Shown here: piece by piece, positions 29,146-38,021 of the stretch
Layout of the letters: each line of letters begins with the position of its first letter
How positions within the stretch are numbered: the first letter of the stretch is position 1
Assembly: GCA_002050235.1 (NCBI GenBank)
Contig: MWST01000027.1
Location: 25,155-89,154 of the forward strand
DNA: 64,000 nt
Direction: 5' to 3'
Origin: Polyangiaceae bacterium UTPRO1
GTDB taxonomy: Bacteria > Desulfobacterota > Binatia > UTPRO1
Notes under the pieces: model-generated
What the model saw: only the letters and a program-made list of their open reading frames with translations
The model's database searches: none
Told to the model about the DNA's origin: nothing
Position numbers and translations under genes: made by a program

Positions 29146-30007
29146 CCCGCACGCAGCCGGCCCCGGTCCGTCCTTCCTACAGGAGGACTCGAACGGCTGG
29201 CTCGTAACCTTCAGCGACATCGTGCTCCAGCTCTTCGCCTTCGTCGTGCTGGCGGCGGTGCTGGGAGGCGGTCCGGCGCCGACTCCGGCGCCGCCGGCGG
29301 CGCCGATGACGGCGCTGGGCTCGGGCGAAGCGAACCGAGCCGCGGCGGCCGTGGAGGTGTCGGCGCGGCGAGAGCCGGACGCGCTCTCGCGCGCCCGTTT
29401 CGAAGAGGCGGCGCCGCCGCCGGCGGCGCCGGTCGCAGCCGCGGATTTGCCGGCGGCGTCCGGTGCTCCCGGTGCTGCGGCGAGGGCCGCATCCGAGGCT
29501 GATGTCGCAGCTGCTGCGTGGTCCGCCCCGGCAACGGCGGCGCCGGTCCGCTCGCTCGCGACCGAGCTCGAGGCCCTGGTCGCCGCCGCGGGGCTCGGAC
29601 ACGCCGCCCAGGTCGCCGTCGAGGGCGGGGGAGTCATCCTCTCGATCAACGATACGATCGGCTTCGCGTCCGGGAGCGCCGAGCTCCTGCCAGACGCCGG
29701 TGCGGTGCTCGACGCCGTGCGGGAGCTGGTGGCGGTGCGTCCGGATCTCGTCGTCGAGGTCTCGGGGCACACCGACGACCGTCCGCTCCATGCGGGACCG
29801 TTCCGCTCGAATCTCGACCTGTCACTGGCACGGGCGGCGCGCGTCGCCCGCGCGCTCGCAGCGGGGGATCCGTCGCTGGCGAGCCGCATTTTCGCCGCCG
29901 GCTATGGAGATGCACGCCCCGTGGCGCCGAACGACGACGCCGGCGGCCGGGCGCGCAATCGCCGCGTCGCGCTTCGACTCGTCGCCGACCGCGCTGCGGT
30001 GTCCTGA
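29135..30007 (+). CDS. motB: MotB-like stator B subunit with OmpA-like peptidoglycan-binding domain
   Basis: WLVTFSDIVLQL (conserved Asp), Pro/Ala linker, FASGSA, VSGHTDD, SNLDLSLARA, GYGDARP, NRRV. Confidence 0.88.
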   Translation: MRLDPHAAGPGPSFLQEDSNGWLVTFSDIVLQLFAFVVLAAVLGGGPAPTPAPPAAPMTALGSGEANRAAAAVEVSARREPDALSRARFEEAAPPPAAPVAAADLPAASGAPGAAARAASEADVAAAAWSAPATAAPVRSLATELEALVAAAGLGHAAQVAVEGGGVILSINDTIGFASGSAELLPDAGAVLDAVRELVAVRPDLVVEVSGHTDDRPLHAGPFRSNLDLSLARAARVARALAAGDPSLASRIFAAGYGDARPVAPNDDAGGRARNRRVALRLVADRAAVS

Positions 30008-30022
30008 CTCGCAGCGAGGTGC

Positions 30023-31780
30023 TCAGCGTCTCCCGGGTGCGGCGCCCTGCCGCTTCGCTTCGGGCAGCGCCTGGCTGCACACCTTGGCCAGCTCGTTCAC
30101 GTCGAGCGCCGGTGGCCGCATCATGCGCTCCGCGATGCGCGCGAGCGTGCCGCCGCCGGGATCGCCATGGACGATCACCGTCAGCACTCTGCCGTTCTCC
30201 GGACCGAGCGCGTCGAGGAACTCGACCGCAGGTTGTCCGGCATTGCGGACGTCGATCACGACCGTGTCCGGTCGTAGGATCGCGAGCAGGTCGAGGGCCT
30301 GCTTCTCGTCGCAAGCCATCGACACGGAGTGGCCAGCCTTGACGAGGGCGGCCTTGGCGGCCATGAAGCCGTCGATGTCCTCCGTCAGGAGGATGGTGCG
30401 GCGATTGCCGCGTCCGGCGCTGTCGACGGTGGCTGCGATCTCGGCGGCGCTCGGCGGCGCCACGAAGCAGCGCAGCGGCCCGAGGATCCGGCTGCCGCGT
30501 TCGGGGTGCGAGGCGTAACCGACCAGCATGGTGCCGTCGGCGTTTGCGGCCGCCATTTCGACCACGCGCGTGGAGTCGCAGGCGACGAGGTTCACGGCGG
30601 TGACGGCGCCGCGGCCGGCGGGAATCGCTTTGGCGACGGCGTCCCGGATGCGGTCGCGAAGAGTCGCGTCGGGCTCGAGCACCGAGCCCAGCGCCGGGCC
30701 ATCGGTCGTCGCGGCACCGGCCGGAGGGGCTTCCGGCGCCGCCTTCGTCTCCGCCGGCGGGGGCGCTGCGACCGGCGCTGCGGCGCGCTCCGGCTCCGGC
30801 GGCGGAGGAGTGATGGCGGTCGCCGCGAGCTTCGTCGCCAGCATCTCTTCGAGGCAAGCAAGGCGTGAAGCCAGGAGGCTGCGATCCTGCTCCGTCGTGG
30901 CGAGCTCGGCCGCGAGTCGTCGATGCTCCTCCTCGAAGCTCGCGAGCCGTTCGCCGAGCATGCTCCGCTCGCGTGCCGTCTCCCGGCGCTCTTCGTCCAT
31001 ACGGGTGACGACGGCGCGCAGCTCCTGCAGCATGGCTTCGAGGGCCGAGCGATCTTCGGCGCGAGCTACATCCGGGGAGCGACGTCCTTGGTCCACGTCC
31101 TGACGCTCGCGCCGGTCGACCCACGGTGCGCAGCCGAGCGGCGGCGGCGCCATCTCGGGCGCGGGGAGCGGCGTCGGTCCGCGTTCGTCCCGTGTCCACA
31201 TGAGGGTCGAGAGCGCCAGGGACAGCACGGAATAGACGAATGCCGGCGCCGTCAGCGCATCGGTGGCGAGCGGGGCGCCGCTCCCGAGCACGAGCAGGAC
31301 CCCGACCGGTAAGTGCCAGCGGTAGAGCGGGACGGCGGCTACGGACGCGATCGGTCGCCGCCGGTCGATGCCGAGCAAGCGCCCGATGAACGGATCCTCG
31401 TCGGGCTCGGCGACGATGTAGATCCTGCGATCCACCAGGGCGCGGAGCGGCATCTCCGACGTCTCCTCGTCGCCCCAGCGTAGAACGTCGAGGGCTTCAG
31501 CACCGGCCACCGTGAGGCCGCGGGCGGCGGCGAGTGTGAGGCTGGCATCCTCGCGCCGGTAGAGGAGCAGGGCGCCTGCCGGCGCGTCGAAGAGTGCGAG
31601 CATCACCGGCAGGGCTTCGACCGTCATCGTGTCGAGCGGAACTTGCCGGAGCTGCAGCTCGACGATGCGCACGACCGCGGCGAGCGCAGGACCGGCGAGG
31701 GCTGCGCTTGCTACGGACGGAGATTCATCGAGGTCCGGATCACGGCCGATCCGGAGCAGTCCTGTCGGAGCCGGCGCCAT
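30023..31780 (-). CDS. Hypothetical signalling protein: GAF, coiled coil, Pro linker and degenerate receiver domain
   Basis: GAF-like N-terminus (AVPLYRWHLPVGVL), heptad region, C-terminal receiver-like ILLTEDID...LRPDTVVIDV. Confidence 0.7.
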   Translation of the reverse strand: MAPAPTGLLRIGRDPDLDESPSVASAALAGPALAAVVRIVELQLRQVPLDTMTVEALPVMLALFDAPAGALLLYRREDASLTLAAARGLTVAGAEALDVLRWGDEETSEMPLRALVDRRIYIVAEPDEDPFIGRLLGIDRRRPIASVAAVPLYRWHLPVGVLLVLGSGAPLATDALTAPAFVYSVLSLALSTLMWTRDERGPTPLPAPEMAPPPLGCAPWVDRRERQDVDQGRRSPDVARAEDRSALEAMLQELRAVVTRMDEERRETARERSMLGERLASFEEEHRRLAAELATTEQDRSLLASRLACLEEMLATKLAATAITPPPPEPERAAAPVAAPPPAETKAAPEAPPAGAATTDGPALGSVLEPDATLRDRIRDAVAKAIPAGRGAVTAVNLVACDSTRVVEMAAANADGTMLVGYASHPERGSRILGPLRCFVAPPSAAEIAATVDSAGRGNRRTILLTEDIDGFMAAKAALVKAGHSVSMACDEKQALDLLAILRPDTVVIDVRNAGQPAVEFLDALGPENGRVLTVIVHGDPGGGTLARIAERMMRPPALDVNELAKVCSQALPEAKRQGAAPGRR

Positions 31781-31916
31781 CGGGGGGTGCCGACCAGGCT
31801 AGCATGCCGGGTTCGAGCTGCCGCCTGCGATTCTCTCTCGTGAACGCGTCGCTCCCCGCGGTATGCGCGATGCAGTGCGGTCTTGCTGGGCGTGCTGTCC
31901 CGCAGCCGCAGGGCGC

Positions 31917-32459
31917 TTACTCGCCGCAGGCGGAGCTGCAGTCGCGTCCGACGCCGAGCGTGCCGCCCACCGCGATGCAGCGTTCCGCGGATGCTGCGAT
32001 CTCGCAGCGCGGCACCTTGCAGTCGATAACTCGATCGCACTTGCGCTTGCTGCCGGTACAGGTGCCTGCCTTGATGCCGTCGCCAGGATTCGGGTCGCCG
32101 ACGCAGTCGCGTTGCTTCGCGATGCAGCAGGTGACGGTCTCCGCGGACCTGCCGCAGGCCGAGCGCGAGGCCAGCCGGCGGATCTTGGCGACACAGGCGC
32201 GCGGCACTGATCCGCAGGTGCGCTTGCCGCTGGCGTCCGGAGAGCAGGCGCTCAGCGCGCGAAGCTTCTGAGTCACGCAGCGCACGTGGTCGGCGTGATT
32301 CCCGGGCGTGTCGCACGGGCAGGCGGCGTCGATCGTGGCCTTGGCTGCTCCGAGGGCTGCAGTGCAATCGACGCCGGTGGGCCGGGCATCGGCAGGGTAG
32401 GGGGTCAGGACGGCCAGCGAAAGAGCGAGAGCGGCGACCGAGCCCAGAATTTTCGTCAT
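31917..32459 (-). CDS. Secreted cysteine-rich protein (18 Cys)
   Basis: SD GGAGGAG, signal peptide ending ADA, 18 Cys counted in about 155 mature residues. Confidence 0.75.
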   Translation of the reverse strand: MTKILGSVAALALSLAVLTPYPADARPTGVDCTAALGAAKATIDAACPCDTPGNHADHVRCVTQKLRALSACSPDASGKRTCGSVPRACVAKIRRLASRSACGRSAETVTCCIAKQRDCVGDPNPGDGIKAGTCTGSKRKCDRVIDCKVPRCEIAASAERCIAVGGTLGVGRDCSSACGE

Positions 32460-32641
32460 CGACGGACTCCTCCGGAAGGATTGGCAGCGGCCACTATCGT
32501 ACGGCGCCACTGACCGGGCAAGCGTCCTTCGCATCGCCGGCGGCCGCCAAAGCCATGACGCCGAGCCAACGGAATGGCGCATGCCCGATGCGTCTCTGGC
32601 TTCGAACAATCGAGAATCCAAGGGTTTTCGATCATGCCGGG

Positions 32642-32657
32642 TGGCATATCAGTTGCT
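32642..32657 (+). promoter_or_regulatory. Sigma-54 promoter
   Basis: TGGCAT-ATCAG-TTGCT, a near-consensus -24/-12 element, about 55 nt before the HTH gene. Confidence 0.72.
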
Positions 32658-32711
32658 CCCGAACCAGGCAGAGCTTTGTCGTTAGTTCGTCGAACCGGAG
32701 GATAATCGACC

Positions 32712-32921
32712 ATGGAAGCCGAAAACATCCGCACGCTGCGCCACAATCTGGGCCTGACGCAGGAGGAGTTCGCGCATCGCCTGGGTATCACGGTCGCCAC
32801 CGTGAACCGCTGGGAGAACGGCCACAACAGCCCCACCCGCCTCGCGCGCAAGGCCCTCTACGACCTGGCGTCGGAAAAGGGAGGCCCGGGGCCGCAGTTG
32901 AATACACCGTCGGAAGGCTGA
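32712..32921 (+). CDS. XRE-family helix-turn-helix protein
   Basis: IRTLRHNLGLTQEEFAHRLGITVATVNRWENG; SD GGAGG. Confidence 0.92.
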   Translation: MEAENIRTLRHNLGLTQEEFAHRLGITVATVNRWENGHNSPTRLARKALYDLASEKGGPGPQLNTPSEG

Positions 32922-32931
32922 GCGGCCGCCG

Positions 32932-33381
32932 ATGCTCCGGGGACCGAGTCCGCCTGCCGGCCGGCCCCTCACGATCCTGCTGGTCGAGGACAACTTCGAC
33001 CACGTCGTGATCACGCGTCAGGCGGTGACGGCGATCGTGCCGTGCGAGATCGAGGTCGTGAGCGACGGCAGGCAGGCGGTGGAGCGACTCGCGAAGTCGC
33101 CGCAGGCGCAGCCTCGTCCGGATCTGATACTCCTGGATCTCCATCTGCCGGTGATGAACGGGATCGACGTGCTGCGCTGGGTCCGCCGTGACCCGGCGTT
33201 CCACGGCACGCCGGTCATCGTGCTCACGGCGGCGGGAGAAGACGAGGCGCTGATCCTCGAGTGCTATACGAGCGGCGCCAACAGCTTCTTGCCGAAGCCG
33301 GCGACCGACCAGCGATTCGCCGAAGCGCTGCGTGTGCTCGCCGGGGCGTCGTCCGACGCGGAGACGACGGCCATCTCGTGA
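32932..33381 (+). CDS. Single-domain response regulator (Rcp-like)
   Basis: ILLVEDN, PDLILLDLHLPVMNG, VIVLT, GANSFLPKP. Confidence 0.93.
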   Translation: MLRGPSPPAGRPLTILLVEDNFDHVVITRQAVTAIVPCEIEVVSDGRQAVERLAKSPQAQPRPDLILLDLHLPVMNGIDVLRWVRRDPAFHGTPVIVLTAAGEDEALILECYTSGANSFLPKPATDQRFAEALRVLAGASSDAETTAIS

Positions 33382-33438
33382 CGCGAGCATCCTGTGCGAT
33401 CGCGCGTATCCTGCGTCGCGCCTGCCTCGGTGTGGGGG

Positions 33439-33801
33439 CTAGCGGCGGCCGCCCGAGCGTCCGCCGGAAGAACGGAAGGTCGCGAATGCCTCGCTGCCGG
33501 GGCGGATGGCCTTGGTATCGAAGAATCGTTCCGGCTTCTTCGGGAAGCACAGCCGCTCGTGGGTACGCTTGATGCGCTCGCGGAGGATCGACGAGTCGCG
33601 CGTACTCTCGCCGGCGCGGCGCAGTTCCTCCACCGAGAGCTCCATCGTTGCTTGCTGCTGCCCCCGGGACAGCCCGAGCGAGAGCAAGTGGTCCTGCGGT
33701 GTCGGACCGTCGCTCAACTGGATCTGCAGCCGCTTGTCGACGGTGCGGACGATCTTGCGGAGGAGGTTGTGGGCCTCGGTCTCGAGATCTTGATGGCGCA
33801 T
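33439..33801 (-). CDS. Hypothetical protein (120 aa)
   Basis: Globular-looking composition, SD GGAAGGAAG upstream, C-biased third codon positions; no recognisable domain. Confidence 0.65.
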   Translation of the reverse strand: MRHQDLETEAHNLLRKIVRTVDKRLQIQLSDGPTPQDHLLSLGLSRGQQQATMELSVEELRRAGESTRDSSILRERIKRTHERLCFPKKPERFFDTKAIRPGSEAFATFRSSGGRSGGRR

Positions 33802-33996
33802 CGGTACTTCCTTCCCTGCGTGTCGGTGGTCTGACGGCGCTTCGCCGCCAAAAGCGCGCGAGTGTAGGAGCGGCTCGTCGGGGTGTCAAGGCGAGACGTG
33901 CAGGCCTGTCGTGCAGGCTGCTGTCGCGCTCGGGCATCGCTGTGCACGCTGGTCAGGCGCGCCGTCGTAAGGTAAACCGCTTTGGTCGATCGGGAT

Positions 33997-34085
33997 GGAG
34001 AGATGGCCGAGTGGTCGAAGGCGCACGCCTGCTAAGCGTGTGTAGGGGTAACACTCTACCGAGGGTTCGAATCCCTCTCTCTCCG
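33997..34085 (+). tRNA. tRNA-Ser(GCT)
   Basis: Acceptor GGAGAGA/TCTCTCC plus G73, anticodon arm cacgc-ctGCTaa-gcgtg, long variable arm, GGTTCGAATCC; no encoded CCA. Confidence 0.97.
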
Positions 34086-34281
34086 CTCCCCGACGACCCG
34101 AGCACGCTGCCGGCCTCGCCGCGACCGCGGTTGTCGCAGCGCCCCGTTCGCCTGCGATCGCGGAGCCGGTATGCCCGAGCCTGCTTCCGCGGCCGTGCTC
34201 CGCGCTGGACGGCATGGAGAGGTGCAGCGGCCTCGCGAAGTTGACTGCCGTTCACCCGGCTAGTAGGCTTCGCCCCTTCAC

Positions 34282-34355
34282 GCGCCCATAGCTCAGTTGG
34301 ATAGAGCGTTTGACTACGAATCAAAAGGTCGCAAGTTCGAATCTTGCTGGGCGCA
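34282..34355 (+). tRNA. tRNA-Arg(ACG)
   Basis: Acceptor GCGCCCA/TGGGCGC plus A, anticodon arm tttga-ctACGaa-tcaaa, GTTCGAATC. Confidence 0.97.
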
Positions 34356-34691
34356 CTGGTAGTTAGCTCGCCGCATCCTCCTCCGGTCGTCATGCGGCTG
34401 TAGTACTTGACGCGCCGGACGCTTCCGCTCGCGTCGTTGGAAGCACCGCGACGCTCGGAGCGTCCGGAGTCGCCCGCATCCATGTAGACGCCCGCGCCTG
34501 AAGAACCTGCCTGTCCACGATGTCGCAGCGGTCGAATACGGAGTGGGCCGAGTGGCCGGTGGCTGCGATCGCGGTGCGCGCCGGCTGCTAACTATGCGCA
34601 CGGACTTTCCGGCCGGCGTACCTTCAGCGCAATGAATGCCGCGAACAATTTCTGGCGGAGCTGATCGAGCTGTCCTCCTATTTCGGGCGCG

Positions 34692-34760
34692 GCGAGCCGG
34701 ATCACGAAGATGGAGGACGGGCGGAGGCGCTTGGCGTACAAGGCCGAGCACGTGATCAAC
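34692..34760 (+). pseudogene. Fragment resembling an IS1182-family transposase, cut by the IS3 end
   Basis: ASRITKMEDGRRRLAYKAEHVIN resembles the DARITKMKDGRTHLAxKAEH motif (recalled, not searched); terminated by the TGA of the IS3 IR. Confidence 0.4.
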
Positions 34761-34809
34761 TGAACCGCCCCGGTTTTGTCGGAGCCTCCGATGAACCCGG
34801 GGCGATTCA
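34761..34809 (+). mobile_element. Fused IS3-family IRL+IRR (49-bp element with the whole interior deleted)
   Basis: tgaaccgccccggttttgtcggag (identical to the reverse complement of the IS3 end at 45867-45890) joined to ctccgatgaacccggggcgattca, an imperfect inverted copy. Confidence 0.85.
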
Positions 34810-35044
34810 CTGCTTCGATGCGCGAGCGGCGAGGGCGCGGGCGCACTGAGCGCCGGTGCCGCCGACCCGCGTCGTCGGGGCCGGCGCCGAGGTGTCCGGC
34901 AGGGACGGATGCTCCCCCTCCGGACGGCGGCCGGCACCCTCGGGTGCAGACGGTGCGGACCTGCTGTGATTTTCCGTGCGGCGTCAGGTGAACCCTCGAC
35001 AGGATGCTCCTGCGCGGTGGCGATGCCTGGAATAGCGAGAAGGC

Positions 35045-35245
35045 ATGCCTCGTCCGCGCTCCGAGGTCGGGGGGATGCTGCACACCGGCCGCCGTGCGTC
35101 GGCAGTCGATGCCGGGACCATGCTGGTGGCTATCGGCACCGTGATGGCGGCGATCCTGCTCTACGGGCTCGTCTGCTGGGTGCTCGGGACGGTCGACGAG
35201 CCCGAGGAAGTGGCTGGCTTCGTCCGGTACTATGCGGTGCGCTAG
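35045..35245 (+). CDS. Small membrane hypothetical protein
   Basis: One TM helix (LVAIGTVMAAILLYGLVCWVLG); start uncertain. Confidence 0.45.
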   Translation: MPRPRSEVGGMLHTGRRASAVDAGTMLVAIGTVMAAILLYGLVCWVLGTVDEPEEVAGFVRYYAVR

Positions 35246-35267
35246 GGCTCGGGTAGGTACGCGGCCG

Positions 35268-35570
35268 TCAGTGCTTGGCGACGATAATCTTCGGGCGCTC
35301 CGGGTCGGGCCGGTAGAGGATCACGACGTGTCCGACGACGCCGCAGAGCGCAGCGCCGGCCGCAGCCGCGAGTGCTGCGGCGGCATCGTGCTTGGCGACC
35401 GGCTGGTGCAGGCGCACCTTCACGAGCTCGTGGGCGCGCAGTGCTCCGTCGACCTGTCGCGTCACGGCGTCGGTGATGCCGGCGCTGCCGACGTGGACGA
35501 CGGGTTCGAGGTGATGGGCGAGGGCGCGAAGCGCCTTGCGCTCACGACCGGTAAGAAGGGGCGCGGCCAC
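35268..35570 (-). CDS. yhbY: YhbY/CRM-domain RNA-binding protein
   Basis: LTGRERKALRALAHHLEPVVHVG, HELVKV, GHVVILYR. Confidence 0.93.
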   Translation of the reverse strand: MAAPLLTGRERKALRALAHHLEPVVHVGSAGITDAVTRQVDGALRAHELVKVRLHQPVAKHDAAAALAAAAGAALCGVVGHVVILYRPDPERPKIIVAKH

Positions 35571-35617
35571 TGGCTGCGTCTACGAGCAGAAGGACGCGGT
35601 GTCGGACGACGCCCGCC

Positions 35618-37048
35618 TCAACCGGCTGCGCACCCCATGACGGCCTTGACTTCGAGGAACTCCTCGAAGCCGTATTCGCCCCACTCGCGGCCGTTGCCGC
35701 TCTGTTTGTAGCCGCCGAAGGGCGCGGCGAAGTCGGCGCCGGCGCCGTTCAGGTGCACGTTTCCGGTGCGCAGGCGCGCGGCGACGCGGAGCGCGCGCTC
35801 CGGATCACCCGACGAGACATAGCCGGAGAGTCCGTACACCGTGTCGTTGGCGATGCGGATGGCGTCCTCTTCGGTGTCGTAGGGGAGGATCGCCAGCACC
35901 GGCCCGAAGACCTCTTCGCGCGCGATGGTCATGTCGTTGCGGACGTTCGTGAACACGGTCGGTCGGACGTAGAAGCCGCGCGTCACGCCCTCGGGGCGGC
36001 CGGGTCCGCCGGTGACCAGCTCGGCGCCCTCGGCGATGCCTTTCTCGATCAGCCGCTGGATCTTGTCGAACTGCGCCTTGCTCGCGACCGGACCGATCTG
36101 GGTGTCCTCGGCCTTGGGATCGCCGACGACCGTTGCCTCGGCGGCAGCCTTGGCGATCGCCGCCGCTTCCTTGAGCTTGGCGCGCGGCACGAGCATGCGC
36201 GTCGGGGCGTTGCACGACTGGCCGCTGTTCATGAAGCAGCTACGGACGCCGCCCTTCACTGCGCGTTCGAGGTCGGCGTCGTCGAGGATGATGTTCGCCG
36301 ACTTGCCGCCGAGCTCCTGGGCGACGCGCTTCACGGTGTCGGCCGCGTTCTTGGCGACCTGGACGCCGGCGCGCGTCGAGCCGGTGAACGACATCATGTC
36401 GATGCCGGGGTGCGAGGAGAGCGCGGCTCCGACGGTCGGACCGTCGCCGTTTACGAGATTGAAGACGCCCGGCGGCACGCCGGCCTCGTCCAGCACCTGG
36501 GCTACCAGGATGCCGTCGAGGGGGGCGATCTCGCTCGGCTTCAGGACCATCGTGCAGCCGGCTGCAAGGGCCGGCGCCACCTTGCACATGATCTGGTTCA
36601 CCGGCCAGTTCCACGGCGTGATCAGGCCGCAGACGCCCACGGGCTCGTGCAGGATGCGTGTCGAGCCTTTGTTCTCGACGAAGCTGTAGGTCTTGAGCAC
36701 CTCGATCGCCTGCATGAGGTGCGCCAGGCCCGAGGGCGCTTGGGCGGCACTGGCGAGCCACATCGGCGCGCCCATCTCGAGCGAGATTGCCTCGGCGATC
36801 TCGGGGAGCTTCGCCTGGTAGGCGGCCATGATGCGCTCGAGGAGCGCCACGCGCTCCTCGCGGGTGGTTCGCGAATAGGTCGTAAAGGCCTTGCGTGCTG
36901 CCGCCACTGCGCGATCGACATCGGCGGCGCTGCCGAGGCTGATCCTGCCGACCACTTCCTCGGTGGCCGGAGAGATCACGTCGAGCGTCTTCGGGACGGC
37001 CGGCTTCACCCACTGGCCGTCGATGTAGAACTCGAGATGTTCGCGCAT
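35618..37048 (-). CDS. Aldehyde dehydrogenase
   Basis: PWNWP, KPSE, FTGS, QELGGKS, NSGQSC, EEVFGP, GGYKQSG. Confidence 0.97.
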   Translation of the reverse strand: MREHLEFYIDGQWVKPAVPKTLDVISPATEEVVGRISLGSAADVDRAVAAARKAFTTYSRTTREERVALLERIMAAYQAKLPEIAEAISLEMGAPMWLASAAQAPSGLAHLMQAIEVLKTYSFVENKGSTRILHEPVGVCGLITPWNWPVNQIMCKVAPALAAGCTMVLKPSEIAPLDGILVAQVLDEAGVPPGVFNLVNGDGPTVGAALSSHPGIDMMSFTGSTRAGVQVAKNAADTVKRVAQELGGKSANIILDDADLERAVKGGVRSCFMNSGQSCNAPTRMLVPRAKLKEAAAIAKAAAEATVVGDPKAEDTQIGPVASKAQFDKIQRLIEKGIAEGAELVTGGPGRPEGVTRGFYVRPTVFTNVRNDMTIAREEVFGPVLAILPYDTEEDAIRIANDTVYGLSGYVSSGDPERALRVAARLRTGNVHLNGAGADFAAPFGGYKQSGNGREWGEYGFEEFLEVKAVMGCAAG

Positions 37049-37182
37049 GGTGGTCCTCCTAGCGGGGATGTCCTGGTCGGTGTCGCAGAGGCTCGACCTC
37101 CATGCAAGTACGCGCCGCCCGCGTCCGCAGCGTCCGGACCGCGACGTGGTGGCGCCGCGGCCCGCCGTGTTATGGGTGGCCG

Positions 37183-37950
37183 ATGTCTTGCGAGACCGTT
37201 CTCCTCGAGATCCGGGAGGGCGTGGCGATCGTCACCTGGAATCGCCCGCACCAGCGCAACGCCTTCAACCGTCGGATGTGGAACGAGGGCCGCGATCTGC
37301 TCCACGAGCTCCGCGCCGATCCGCGGGCGCGCGTGGTCGTGGTGACCGGCGCCGGCGACGCCTTCACCGCCGGCCAGGATCTGAGCGAGATGGCGGCGGC
37401 TCCCGGCGATGCCGGGCATCCGTTCGGTAGCTTCATGGATGCCCTGATCGAGTTCGACAAGCCGCTCCTGGCCGCGGTGAACGGGGTCGGTGTCGGCATC
37501 GGACTGACGATGCTCCTTCACTGCGACGTGGTGTACGTAGCTGAGGAAGCGCGCCTGCGGGCTCCGTTCGTACCGCTCGGTGTCGTCCCCGAGGCGGCGG
37601 CGAGCTTCATGCTGCCGCTGATAATAGGCTATCAGCGCGCCGCCGAAGTGCTCTACACGGGCGACTGGATCGACGCCCGGCGCGCCGTCGAGCTCGGCCT
37701 CGCGGCCCGGATGTGCCGGCGCAGCGAGCTGGTGCCGGCGCTCCTCGCGGTCGCGGCGAGGATGGCGGTGGGACCGAGCGGCGCCATCCGCCACACCAAG
37801 CGCCTCCTTCTCGCGACCCGCGCCGAGCAGGTGCGCGCCGCCCGGGCGCGCGAGGACGCCGCTTTCGTCGAGCGCGTGGGTACGCCCGAGAACCTGGAGG
37901 CCATCCGCGCCTTCTTCGAGAAGCGCCCGCCTGATTTCTCCGGGCTCTGA
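37183..37950 (+). CDS. Enoyl-CoA hydratase/isomerase family protein
   Basis: NRPHQRNAF, FTAGQDL, VNGVGVGIG, PFVPLGVVPE. Confidence 0.93.
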   Translation: MSCETVLLEIREGVAIVTWNRPHQRNAFNRRMWNEGRDLLHELRADPRARVVVVTGAGDAFTAGQDLSEMAAAPGDAGHPFGSFMDALIEFDKPLLAAVNGVGVGIGLTMLLHCDVVYVAEEARLRAPFVPLGVVPEAAASFMLPLIIGYQRAAEVLYTGDWIDARRAVELGLAARMCRRSELVPALLAVAARMAVGPSGAIRHTKRLLLATRAEQVRAARAREDAAFVERVGTPENLEAIRAFFEKRPPDFSGL

Positions 37951-38021
37951 AGGTGCGGCATCGGCGCCGGCGATCGCTCCGGTGCGCGGCCGCCGTGCGC
38001 GCGCGCCGTCAGCACGGCGGC

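Noticed and set aside
28342-30007. Zorya (ZorAB) defence system
   Set aside because: MotA lacks the long ZorA cytoplasmic tail, and no ZorC/D/E genes are adjacent.
33997-34355. Island att duplication at tRNA-Ser or tRNA-Arg
   Set aside because: No repeat of either 3' end was found by eye in the window; only IS scars follow tRNA-Arg.
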